Source: Candidatus Sumerlaeota bacterium (lineage in GTDB: Bacteria > Sumerlaeota > Sumerlaeia > JAPLSS01). Taken from it: DNA of 54,531 nucleotides. Positions 1 to 7,766 of this stretch are shown here, piece after piece. The stretch is taken from positions 1-54,531 of the forward strand of contig JAPLSS010000090.1 of the NCBI GenBank assembly GCA_026398515.1. The letters run 5' to 3'. The notes under the pieces are model-generated. The model had not been told where the DNA came from, made no database searches, and saw only the letters and a program-made list of their open reading frames with translations. The translations under genes were made by a program, and so were the position numbers. Numbering within the stretch: position 1 is the stretch's first letter; each line of letters begins with the position of its first letter.

Positions 1-746
1 AAGAGATACCACGTTCCGTCGATCTTGTAGATTTTGGCGGCCTCGGCGCCCAGGCCCGTGTAAACGGGCACGCCCGGCTCGTCGAGGATTTCCCGGCCGT
101 CCCAGCTCAGTTTGTAAATCCGGTTCTCGTTGCCTGTCTCTTTGCTGTCCGGGGATCGCAGTTTGCGACTCGTGTTGCAGATCAGGTAGGCCTGCCGCGA
201 CTCGTCGTCCCAGAACACGCCCGGATCGTCCAGGACCTTCTCTGTAGGCAACAATTGGTGTGGCTCGGACCATGGGCCGCGAATGTCGCGGGCGGAACTC
301 ATGAACAGGCCATGCCTGGCGTCAACCTGATAGCAATGCCAGAGGCCGTCGTGCCAGGCCAGATCGCCCGCCCAGACTCCGAACGAATACCCATTCATCC
401 GGTCCCAATTATACTCCGGCGCCCAGGAGAGCTGGGGCCAAACATGGCCAATGCTGGTCCAGTTGACCATGTCCTTGGATTCCAAGATGACCATGCCCGG
501 CGCCATGTGCTGCTTCGAGGAGATCATGTAATAGGTATCGCCCGCCTGCTCCACGTCCACATCCGGGTAGTCCGCGTTCAGAATCGGGTTCTTGTAGGTC
601 CCATCCCCCTGATCGCCCCAGCTTCCGGCATGCCCCTGCCCGATGCCGGAGGCGCGCGAAGTCTTTGGTTCGCCGGCGGCCTTGTCCCCCATGAGGGACT
701 GGCCGCACACGAGTCTGATCGATGAGAAGGCGAGGCTGTGCTTCAT
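1..746 (-). CDS. Glycoside hydrolase family 43 protein (5' part; 3' end runs off the window)
   Basis: Absent from the ORF track because there is no stop in the window. Reverse-strand translation from the ATG (rc of 744-746) gives MKHSLAFSS...GSWGDQGDGTYKNPILNADYPDVDVEQAGDTYYMISSKQHMAPGMVILESKDMVNW...AAKIYKIDGTWYLF. This is collinear with the GH43 at 16502-18157 (GSWGDQGNGNYKNPILESNYPDNDVIRVADTFYMISS). Confidence 0.8.
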   Translation of the reverse strand, partial: MKHSLAFSSIRLVCGQSLMGDKAAGEPKTSRASGIGQGHAGSWGDQGDGTYKNPILNADYPDVDVEQAGDTYYMISSKQHMAPGMVILESKDMVNWTSIGHVWPQLSWAPEYNWDRMNGYSFGVWAGDLAWHDGLWHCYQVDARHGLFMSSARDIRGPWSEPHQLLPTEKVLDDPGVFWDDESRQAYLICNTSRKLRSPDSKETGNENRIYKLSWDGREILDEPGVPVYTGLGAEAAKIYKIDGTWYL

Positions 747-1027
747 AGTGGAATGGGCTCCATTCAAAATTTATCCGGTCCGATCGCGCCGATCTGGACC
801 GCATCGTCCGGCCCATGCATCCGCCGGTCAAGGGTACGATCGCGACTCTGGGGAAAAGGCTGCGTGGAATCTTAGCGAAGGCATTAAGAGACTATATCGA
901 AACCGTTTCCGGGCCTATCACGCCGAGGCATTCTGGCGGTCTGGCTATTTCATTTGATCTCTGATCTTTCCATGGCCGAAGATCGCGAGGCACATGAATC
1001 CATTTCCTAATCCGGAGAGCTCGCCGT

Positions 1028-2464
1028 ATGAAAGCCATCATCGTCATGTACGATTCGTTGAACCGCCATTTCCTTCCGCCCTACGGGTGCGACTGGGTCG
1101 TGGGGCCCAATTTCAGTCGGCTGGCCGAGCGCGCCGTGGCCTTCGATAACTGCTATATCGGCAGTTCGCCCACCATTCCCACGCGGCGCGAGATCCATAC
1201 GGGGCGGTACAACTTCCTGCACCGCGGCTGGGCCCCCCTCGAACCGTTCGACGATTCCATGCCCGAGATTCTCAAGCAACACGGCGTCTACACGCATCTC
1301 GCCTCGGACTGCCAGCACTACTGGGAGGACGGGGGCGCCACGTACCACGGCCGCTACAATACCTGGGAATTCAGCCGCGGCCAGGAAGGCGACGCCTGGA
1401 AGGGCGACGCCGATCCCACGCTGTCCGGAAATAGCATCCACCGACAAGACATCGTCAACCGCCGCTACGTCCAGACCGAGGAGCAGTGGCCGCAATCGCA
1501 GACATTCGACCATGGCATCGAGTTCATCCGGACCAACAAGGACAAGGACCGATGGATGGTTCAGATCGAAACCTTCGATCCCCACGAGCCCTTCTATGCG
1601 CCGCAGAAGTATCGGGACCTGTATCCGCATCCATACGATGGCCCCCAATATGACTGGCCCATTTACGGGCGGGTCACGGTCCCGCCCGAGCAGGTCCGGC
1701 ATCTGCGCTTTCAATACGCGTCGTTGGTCAGTTTCTGCGACGCCAGTCTGGGCCGGGTGCTCGATCTCATGGACGAACTGGACCTGTGGAAAGACACGAT
1801 GCTGATCCTCAACACCGACCATGGCCATCTGATCGGCGAGCACAACTGGCTGGGCAAGATGATCATGCCCTACTACAATGAAGTCGCGCACATTCCGCTG
1901 TTGATCTGGGATCCGCGTTGCGGCGCGCGCGGGCAGCGGCGTTCCTCGCTGGTTCAGACCATCGACCTCGCGCCCACCCTGTTGGAGTATTTCGGCGTGG
2001 ACATCCCGCCCGACATGCAAGGCAAGGCCCTGAAAGACGTGATCGCCTCGGACGCCAGGATCCGGGAAGCCGGGTTGTTCGGGCAGCACAGTCAAGAAGT
2101 CCATGTTACGGATGGCCGATATGTGTACATGCATGCCCCGGCCACGCCCGACAACCAGCCGCTATTCGACTATACATTGATGTTCAACCACATGCGGGAA
2201 CGCTACCGACCGGGCGAGTTGCGGAACATCGAACTGGCGGAGCCTTTCACATTCACGAAAGGCTGTCGAACCGTCAAGATCCGCGCCTTTTCCAGGCCGG
2301 GTCGCGAGCGTTTTCCCTCCGCCCTCTACGATCTCGAAGCCGATCCGGGCCAGGAGCATCCCATCACCGATGCGACAATCGAGCGGCGCATGATCGATCA
2401 TCTGGTCCGGCTGATGAAAGAAAACGATGCGCCGCCGGAGCAGTTTCAGCGGCTGGGGCTGTAG
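1028..2464 (+). CDS. Sulfatase-fold (alkaline phosphatase superfamily) protein, no signal peptide, Thr at the formylglycine position
   Basis: 478-aa ORF with GGAGAG 7 nt upstream of the ATG. N-terminus is MKAIIVMYDSLN...GSSPTIPTRREIHTGRY. The metal-binding Asp (D9) and the T-I-P-T-R...TGR block have the same spacing as D13 / C-C-P-A-R...TGR in the sulfatase at 11264. Confidence 0.85.
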   Translation: MKAIIVMYDSLNRHFLPPYGCDWVVGPNFSRLAERAVAFDNCYIGSSPTIPTRREIHTGRYNFLHRGWAPLEPFDDSMPEILKQHGVYTHLASDCQHYWEDGGATYHGRYNTWEFSRGQEGDAWKGDADPTLSGNSIHRQDIVNRRYVQTEEQWPQSQTFDHGIEFIRTNKDKDRWMVQIETFDPHEPFYAPQKYRDLYPHPYDGPQYDWPIYGRVTVPPEQVRHLRFQYASLVSFCDASLGRVLDLMDELDLWKDTMLILNTDHGHLIGEHNWLGKMIMPYYNEVAHIPLLIWDPRCGARGQRRSSLVQTIDLAPTLLEYFGVDIPPDMQGKALKDVIASDARIREAGLFGQHSQEVHVTDGRYVYMHAPATPDNQPLFDYTLMFNHMRERYRPGELRNIELAEPFTFTKGCRTVKIRAFSRPGRERFPSALYDLEADPGQEHPITDATIERRMIDHLVRLMKENDAPPEQFQRLGL

Positions 2465-2497
2465 CGGACGATAAAACAGACGATGGAATGTGAAGCC

Positions 2498-3565
2498 ATG
2501 AAGCAACGAACCGACCGCTTCCCGGGCGCCTGGCTCCTTGCGTGCGCCGCCATCTTTCTCTGGACCGATCTGTCGAGGGCGGAGCCACCTTATCCGCCCA
2601 GCCCGGTTATCGCCGGCATCGACTGGCAGTTCGACAGCCTCGTCCAACACGGCGCGGGGAGCGACCAATGGCCCTGCACGTGGGCGGACGACGACAATGT
2701 CTACGCCGCATGGGGAGACGGCTGCGGATGGGACAAGGCCGGGCCGAAACACAGCATCGGCGTCACCCGGATCTTCGGCATCCCGCCGGACCTGCGCGGG
2801 GAGGATCTGTGGGGCGCCGGACCCGGCTCCGGCTTCGGAAAGCCGGAAGCGCTGATTGCCTACGATGGCTCGATCTACATGTTCTGGACCCGAGGCCGCA
2901 GCAAGGATGATGCGGCGAATACGTCCATCGCCGTCTCCTCGGATTACGAGGCTTCGTGGACGCTGCGCGAGGAAAAGGCGTTTCCGTGGGCGCCCGACGG
3001 TTTTCGGGTTCGCGGCATTGCGCAATTCGGCAAAGGCTACGAAGGGGCGATGGACGACTTCGTCTATGTCTACTTCGGCTTCAGCCGCGCCAATGACCTC
3101 TATCTCGCGCGGGCGCCCAAGGCGGCGATCCTGGACGCAAGCCGCTACGAGTGGTTCACGGGCCTCGACGGCGCGCAACCGCTGTGGAGTCGCGAGTTCG
3201 AGCGAAAGCGGCTGGCGTTCTCTGATCCGAATGGATACATCTGGCACGTGGGAGTTACGTTCGTTCCCTCCATTGGCCGCTTCCTGTTCAGCAAACCCCA
3301 TTATTCTCCCGGCGCCGACCGCGTCGACCCCGAAGGCGACCGCTCGAAGGTCTCGGGGCTTGGGATCTTTGACGCGCCCAAGCCATGGGGCCCCTGGACG
3401 ACGGTGTATTACGAGGATCGGTTCTATGACGCGAATTTCAAGTTCACTTATTTCATCCCCGCGAAGTATCTCTCCGCGGACGGTAAGTCACTTTGGCTAA
3501 CATGGTCCGGCCCCCCCGAATATGACAATGTCAATTTTGTCCGGGGCGTGCTGAGACTCGAATGA
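2498..3565 (+). CDS. Exported protein of unknown function, possibly a beta-propeller glycosidase-like fold (DUF4185/sialidase-like; family uncertain)
   Basis: ORF 2483-3565; the likely start is MKQRTDRFPGAWLLACAAIFLWTDLSRAEP (signal peptide). Motif GSDQWPCTWADDDNVYAAWGDGCGW, with repeated aromatic/Asp-rich strands. The family call comes from memory of similar motifs only. Confidence 0.6.
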   Translation: MKQRTDRFPGAWLLACAAIFLWTDLSRAEPPYPPSPVIAGIDWQFDSLVQHGAGSDQWPCTWADDDNVYAAWGDGCGWDKAGPKHSIGVTRIFGIPPDLRGEDLWGAGPGSGFGKPEALIAYDGSIYMFWTRGRSKDDAANTSIAVSSDYEASWTLREEKAFPWAPDGFRVRGIAQFGKGYEGAMDDFVYVYFGFSRANDLYLARAPKAAILDASRYEWFTGLDGAQPLWSREFERKRLAFSDPNGYIWHVGVTFVPSIGRFLFSKPHYSPGADRVDPEGDRSKVSGLGIFDAPKPWGPWTTVYYEDRFYDANFKFTYFIPAKYLSADGKSLWLTWSGPPEYDNVNFVRGVLRLE

Positions 3566-3598
3566 GCCTATCGCGCCCGCTGAACTTACGCTCCTCGC

Positions 3599-5215
3599 TC
3601 AAGGCGCAGTCTTCACCATCACATACACTTGAAAACCTTCCGACGCGCCAGGACGGTAGTTTCGTGGATTAGCGACAGCCTTCGCAAGGGGAGTCAGGCC
3701 GGCCGGCGCCGTTTCGCCATCGGCCACCTTCAGGGCGAACCCGTTCAGGCGGATGAAGATCGTCCGGTCGTCGTAAACCCGCGGAGTAAGGACATAGGGA
3801 TCGTTGGCAAAGAAATACTCCTGACGTTCGCTGTCAAGCATGGTGAAGATCGGAACGCCGTTGGGAATGGGCTTGTCCCATAGGCGCACGCCGGGGACGG
3901 GAATCTCGCTCCCGTACCGATCCAGCGCGATAGTTCCCGCCTGCCGCTCCGAGGGTTCGAGGGTGTACGGTTGCAGTTGACCGTAGGCGGCATAGGGCAT
4001 GAGTTCAGCCGCGGTGGCTTGGATCTTCGCCAAGTCGCCGAAGATGAAGTAATGCTTCGAATACCAGAGATCGCCCGGCTTCTGAGTCAGCCGCCGGTTG
4101 CTGGAGATCACCGTCTTGTCGCTATCATCCGTCACGTTCGCTCCATACCCGAAACGCGAGTTGGTCGAAGGGACGTGGCCGGCTCCGAACACGTAGCCGA
4201 TGCCCCGACTCGCTTCGTCGACGCGTTCGGATCCCTTTTCCTCTTCCAGGCACAGCGCCGTCCAACCGCCAGTCACGCTCACATCCTGGGATGTCAGTTT
4301 CGTGAACCCGCCCTTTTGCCAACTCCCGTCCGGCTGGGACACGATCGGGATGAGGCGGCGCCGAGGATTCGCCTCGCGCAGCGGCTTGTAGATTGTGTCT
4401 TCCCAGATCGGCTCGAACTTGGTGAAGCCGCACCACATGTCAGTGAAGTTGCCCAGGTCGGTGGTCCCGTAATTGTAGATGACGGCGACGCGTTCGAAGA
4501 CCCCGTCGCCCAAATCGCGAATGTACTGCCACAGGAGGGCTTTGGGCTGCCATTCCCACGGGCGCCAATGGCCGTCTTTCTCGTTCTGGTTGATGAACAT
4601 GTGCGAAATGGTTTTGAAACTCCGGTCTTCGGGGTCTTGGTTGGCGAATTCGTAGGCCAGGATCGGAGAGAAGTACGGGACATCGTAGAGTTGGTCCATC
4701 TCCGGGGTCAGTTTGATGCCCGCTTGATGCATCATCACCGTATGGAATACATCGTAATTGACCGACTCGGGAATGGTGGTGGTGGATTGAAGCACGCGGT
4801 CGAGCCAGCAGTTGATGTGCGCCTGCTCGCCGATGAATTCCCGCCCGTCCTGCAACACCGAGTAGATCTGGCTGCCTTTGCCGATGCGCAGCTTCCATTC
4901 CCGGGAGGGATCGGACACGTGTTCGATCTCGCGGAAGAAGACCGCCTGTTCCGGCGAAGTCGCATAGTCCAGCGCCTTGCCGTTGCTGACATTCAATTCC
5001 CAGGCGCGCATTCCCGCGGGGGTCGTGTTCATTGCCAACGGCCCGTCGTCCGCGAGCCGTGGCGGCCGATCCGGCACGTCGATCCAGAACGAAGAAGACT
5101 CCTGGGGTTCGCGGGCATTCTGAAGGGGCGCCCGCCATGCCGGCGAATCCTCGGCTCCTGACATTGCGCAGGGCAGCGTCAGCATTGTGATAACCGTCAA
5201 CCGAACACGGATCAT
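3599..5215 (-). CDS. Exported protein of unknown function (about 538 aa)
   Basis: ORF 3599-5269. Internal start MIRVRLTVITMLTLPCAMSGAED (signal peptide), with GGAAGGA 8 nt upstream on the minus strand. Non-repetitive composition, unlike the GC-shadow ORFs. I recognise no family. Confidence 0.7.
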   Translation of the reverse strand: MIRVRLTVITMLTLPCAMSGAEDSPAWRAPLQNAREPQESSSFWIDVPDRPPRLADDGPLAMNTTPAGMRAWELNVSNGKALDYATSPEQAVFFREIEHVSDPSREWKLRIGKGSQIYSVLQDGREFIGEQAHINCWLDRVLQSTTTIPESVNYDVFHTVMMHQAGIKLTPEMDQLYDVPYFSPILAYEFANQDPEDRSFKTISHMFINQNEKDGHWRPWEWQPKALLWQYIRDLGDGVFERVAVIYNYGTTDLGNFTDMWCGFTKFEPIWEDTIYKPLREANPRRRLIPIVSQPDGSWQKGGFTKLTSQDVSVTGGWTALCLEEEKGSERVDEASRGIGYVFGAGHVPSTNSRFGYGANVTDDSDKTVISSNRRLTQKPGDLWYSKHYFIFGDLAKIQATAAELMPYAAYGQLQPYTLEPSERQAGTIALDRYGSEIPVPGVRLWDKPIPNGVPIFTMLDSERQEYFFANDPYVLTPRVYDDRTIFIRLNGFALKVADGETAPAGLTPLAKAVANPRNYRPGASEGFQVYVMVKTAP

Positions 5216-5433
5216 TGCGTTATTCCTTCCATTGGTTAAGAACTGTTGGAGGAAAGAACGTCCATTCACGGCCGCACCCCTGTCAGGAAGTGGATGCGGA
5301 CCTTAAGACCAAGCAGCCAAAGGATTCAACGCTATTCGGCAACCTCATGGTGCGCGCCGGCGACGCGTCTACAGTAATGCTCATTAAGCAGGCCTTTGCC
5401 CTTGACTGCAAGGAGGCCGAGGCGCATGTTAGG

Positions 5434-5449
5434 TTCATAACGATATGAA
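5434..5449. promoter_or_regulatory. Candidate LacI-type operator (imperfect 16-bp palindrome with central CG)
   Basis: TTCATAACGATATGAA: perfect 6-bp arms TTCATA/TATGAA around ACGA, 19 bp upstream of the LacI start codon. TTGACT lies at 5402-5407 upstream. Confidence 0.3.
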
Positions 5450-5467
5450 TAGGATTTTTCGACCGAA

Positions 5468-6556
5468 TTGGCCATGTCTCGAAAAACCGTGACTCTCAAG
5501 GACGTCGCTTGCCATGCCGGCGTCAGCGTCGCCACGACGAGCCAAGCGCTGCTTGGCTATCAGACTGTCGCTTCGGCGACACGCGAGCGTGTGAAACAGT
5601 CGGCGCGCGCGCTGGGATACCGGCCCAGCCCCGTGGGCCGCGCGCTGGTCGGCGCCAAGACGTTCACCATCGGCATTGTCGTCGGCAGCCTCGAAGGCGA
5701 GGGCACGATGGCCGGGTTGCGGTCGCTGACCTCGGAAATTCGCCGCCACGGCTACGCCCCGCTGATCATGATGGTCGGCGAGAACGAACGCGACCGCCTG
5801 AGCGGACTCGATGATCTGGCCGGCTACGGCGTCGACGGCTTGATCGTCACCGAGTCGATGGTCCGCCTCTCCGCCGTCAGAGACCGGATTCAGGAACTGG
5901 CCGCCGGCGGCTTGCCGGTGGTCGGGCGCGGGGCGGGCTTCGCGAAGGTCGGCATCGACTGCGTGGCGGACCTCGGCCTGGCCGGGCAGCGCGCTGTCTT
6001 CAGGCGCCTGGTCGAACTCGGCCATCGCCGCATCGGCCTGGTGTGCTTGTCGCGAAACGACGGACGCGCAGCCGGCTATCGTCGCGAAATGCGCGCCGCC
6101 GGCCTGGACACGGACGAACGGTTGATCCTCGACTATCGCTTGAACGCGGACATCCGGCGAATTCGCGAGACCTTCATGGCCCTCGACGTTCCGCCCACCG
6201 CCATCGTGGCGCCGTGGGACAGCGTGGCCGCCGCCCTGATTGACGACCTGGATCGCGCCGGCTATCGCGTCCCCGCCGACGTGTCCGTCGCCGGGGCGGG
6301 CGGCGACTGGTATTCGGCGTATCTGCGCGTGGGGCTGACCACGCTGCGCATCGACTGGGAAGGTGCCAACCGCGCCTGCGTTGAAATGCTGATGGAGCGC
6401 ATCGTGGATCCCAGTTTGCCGCCGCGCACGCGCCATTTTGAGGCGCGGCTCATCGAGCGGGAATCGACGGCGCCGCCGCGAGCCAACAGTGTTTCAAGCG
6501 GGGCGCCGTTCGCACGGGATGCCGTTTGGCCCGCCAGAAAAGGAAAGGCCAAATGA
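5468..6556 (+). CDS. LacI-family transcriptional regulator
   Basis: N-terminal HTH VTLKDVACHAGVSVATTSQALLG...RERVKQSARALGYRPSPVGRAL, followed by a periplasmic-binding-protein-like sugar-binding fold. The stop TGA (6554-6556) overlaps the next ATG (6553), forming ATGA. Confidence 0.9.
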   Translation: MAMSRKTVTLKDVACHAGVSVATTSQALLGYQTVASATRERVKQSARALGYRPSPVGRALVGAKTFTIGIVVGSLEGEGTMAGLRSLTSEIRRHGYAPLIMMVGENERDRLSGLDDLAGYGVDGLIVTESMVRLSAVRDRIQELAAGGLPVVGRGAGFAKVGIDCVADLGLAGQRAVFRRLVELGHRRIGLVCLSRNDGRAAGYRREMRAAGLDTDERLILDYRLNADIRRIRETFMALDVPPTAIVAPWDSVAAALIDDLDRAGYRVPADVSVAGAGGDWYSAYLRVGLTTLRIDWEGANRACVEMLMERIVDPSLPPRTRHFEARLIERESTAPPRANSVSSGAPFARDAVWPARKGKAK

Positions 6557-7761
6557 GAATGATGACAATGCGGATTCTATTCACAGGGGCTATCGCGGCG
6601 TATGGAAGCATGATGGCGTTCGCGGGTTCGTACAGCGAGACAACCGCCCGGCCGCCTGCCCTCGCGGAGCTCTATCCCGACGCGCGGTACAGCGGCCAGC
6701 CGGTGGCGCTCGCTGAACCCGGTTTCTATCCGGTGAAGCGGCTTGACGATCTCGGACTCCCGGCTTCGAGTCTCTCGTCTGTCCGCCTGGCCTCCGGCTA
6801 TCAACTTCGGCTCTACCATGAGGACAAGGAGGACGACTTGCTCTTCTGGGTATGCGGCGAGGACATGCCGAATCTCGCGGAACTGGATATCGACGACGCC
6901 ATCGCCTCGGTCAAAGTCGAGCCGGCGCCGCAGGGCCCTCGTCCGCGTGTTTTCCTTGCGCTACATGGCAACAAACCTCTCGGCGACGACGCCGTCGCGG
7001 AGCAATGGCGTTACGTTCGCGAAAACTGCGAGGGCATCTGGTACAACGCCGCGGGGCTGAAAGACGAGGAGATTGCGCCGATTATCCGGAAACTGACCAC
7101 GCGCAACGTGGTGTGCGAAAGGGACATTGGCAAGGGCTTGGGCCAACTGGAGTCGCTGCGGCCGAATGTGCTCCAAAGCGCGTTTCCCGACATCCGCTTC
7201 CAGCGGGAGGCGGTGGCCATGTGGCGCCAGTCGAAAAACAAGGATGAAACGAACTGGAAGCCGGAAGACATCCTCGACGCCCGCTCCATTTTCATCGAAG
7301 GCAAAGAAGCCGGCGAATCGAACGCCTGGATGCGCTTTTCTCGCGTCTATGCCGGCACGCTCGGCGGCATACACGGCGACAGCGAGCCACAGGCGAAGGT
7401 GTTTCCGCTTGCCGACGGCACATGGACGGAGCGGGCGGGATTCGGTCAGACGTTCAACCGCGCCGGCCGGGAGGATTTCATGAACCTCGTCCGCAACGCG
7501 CGCATCGGCGACCGCCCGTTCTTGCTCTTCATGGGAGTCGGCGAGACTTGGAGGACCGATCCGGAAGCCGCGATGCGGAGATTGAAGTCCAATTACTTCT
7601 GGATGGAAGCGGTGGTGAATTGGCGGCCTGGCGACGGGGTAACGGTGATCAACTATAGCGGACGGGCGCCACAGGCGCCGGAAACCGACTCCAAAGGACA
7701 ACCTGCGGCGACTTATACCGGCATGCTCTATTGGCTGCTGCATCAGGGCGATAAGGATTGA
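6553..7761 (+). CDS. Exported protein of unknown function: beta/gamma-crystallin-like N-domain plus an uncharacterised C-domain (paralogue of 9490-10416)
   Basis: ORF 6526-7761. Start MRMMTMRILFTGAIAAYGSMMAFAG (signal peptide), preceded by AAGGAAAGG. N-domain: YPDARYSGQPVALAEPGFYP...SSVRLASGYQLRLYHEDKEDD...ASVKV. The C-domain shares motifs with the protein at 9490-10416. Confidence 0.7.
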   Translation: MRMMTMRILFTGAIAAYGSMMAFAGSYSETTARPPALAELYPDARYSGQPVALAEPGFYPVKRLDDLGLPASSLSSVRLASGYQLRLYHEDKEDDLLFWVCGEDMPNLAELDIDDAIASVKVEPAPQGPRPRVFLALHGNKPLGDDAVAEQWRYVRENCEGIWYNAAGLKDEEIAPIIRKLTTRNVVCERDIGKGLGQLESLRPNVLQSAFPDIRFQREAVAMWRQSKNKDETNWKPEDILDARSIFIEGKEAGESNAWMRFSRVYAGTLGGIHGDSEPQAKVFPLADGTWTERAGFGQTFNRAGREDFMNLVRNARIGDRPFLLFMGVGETWRTDPEAAMRRLKSNYFWMEAVVNWRPGDGVTVINYSGRAPQAPETDSKGQPAATYTGMLYWLLHQGDKD

Positions 7762-7766
7762 TCCAC

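Noticed and set aside
899-909. Palindrome GAAAC-C-GTTTC in the divergent region between the GH43 gene and the sulfatase-fold gene, considered as a LacI operator.
   Set aside because: It has only 5-bp arms with an odd centre, does not match the 5434-5449 palindrome, and has no second copy. This is too weak to call.
2462-2500. ORFs 1028-2464 and 2483-3565 are in the same frame, separated by a TAG; possible third amber-split gene or fusion.
   Set aside because: The upstream protein ends at a full-length, family-typical C-terminus (..PPEQFQRLGL). The downstream ORF begins with its own signal peptide. Sharing a frame has a one-in-three chance.
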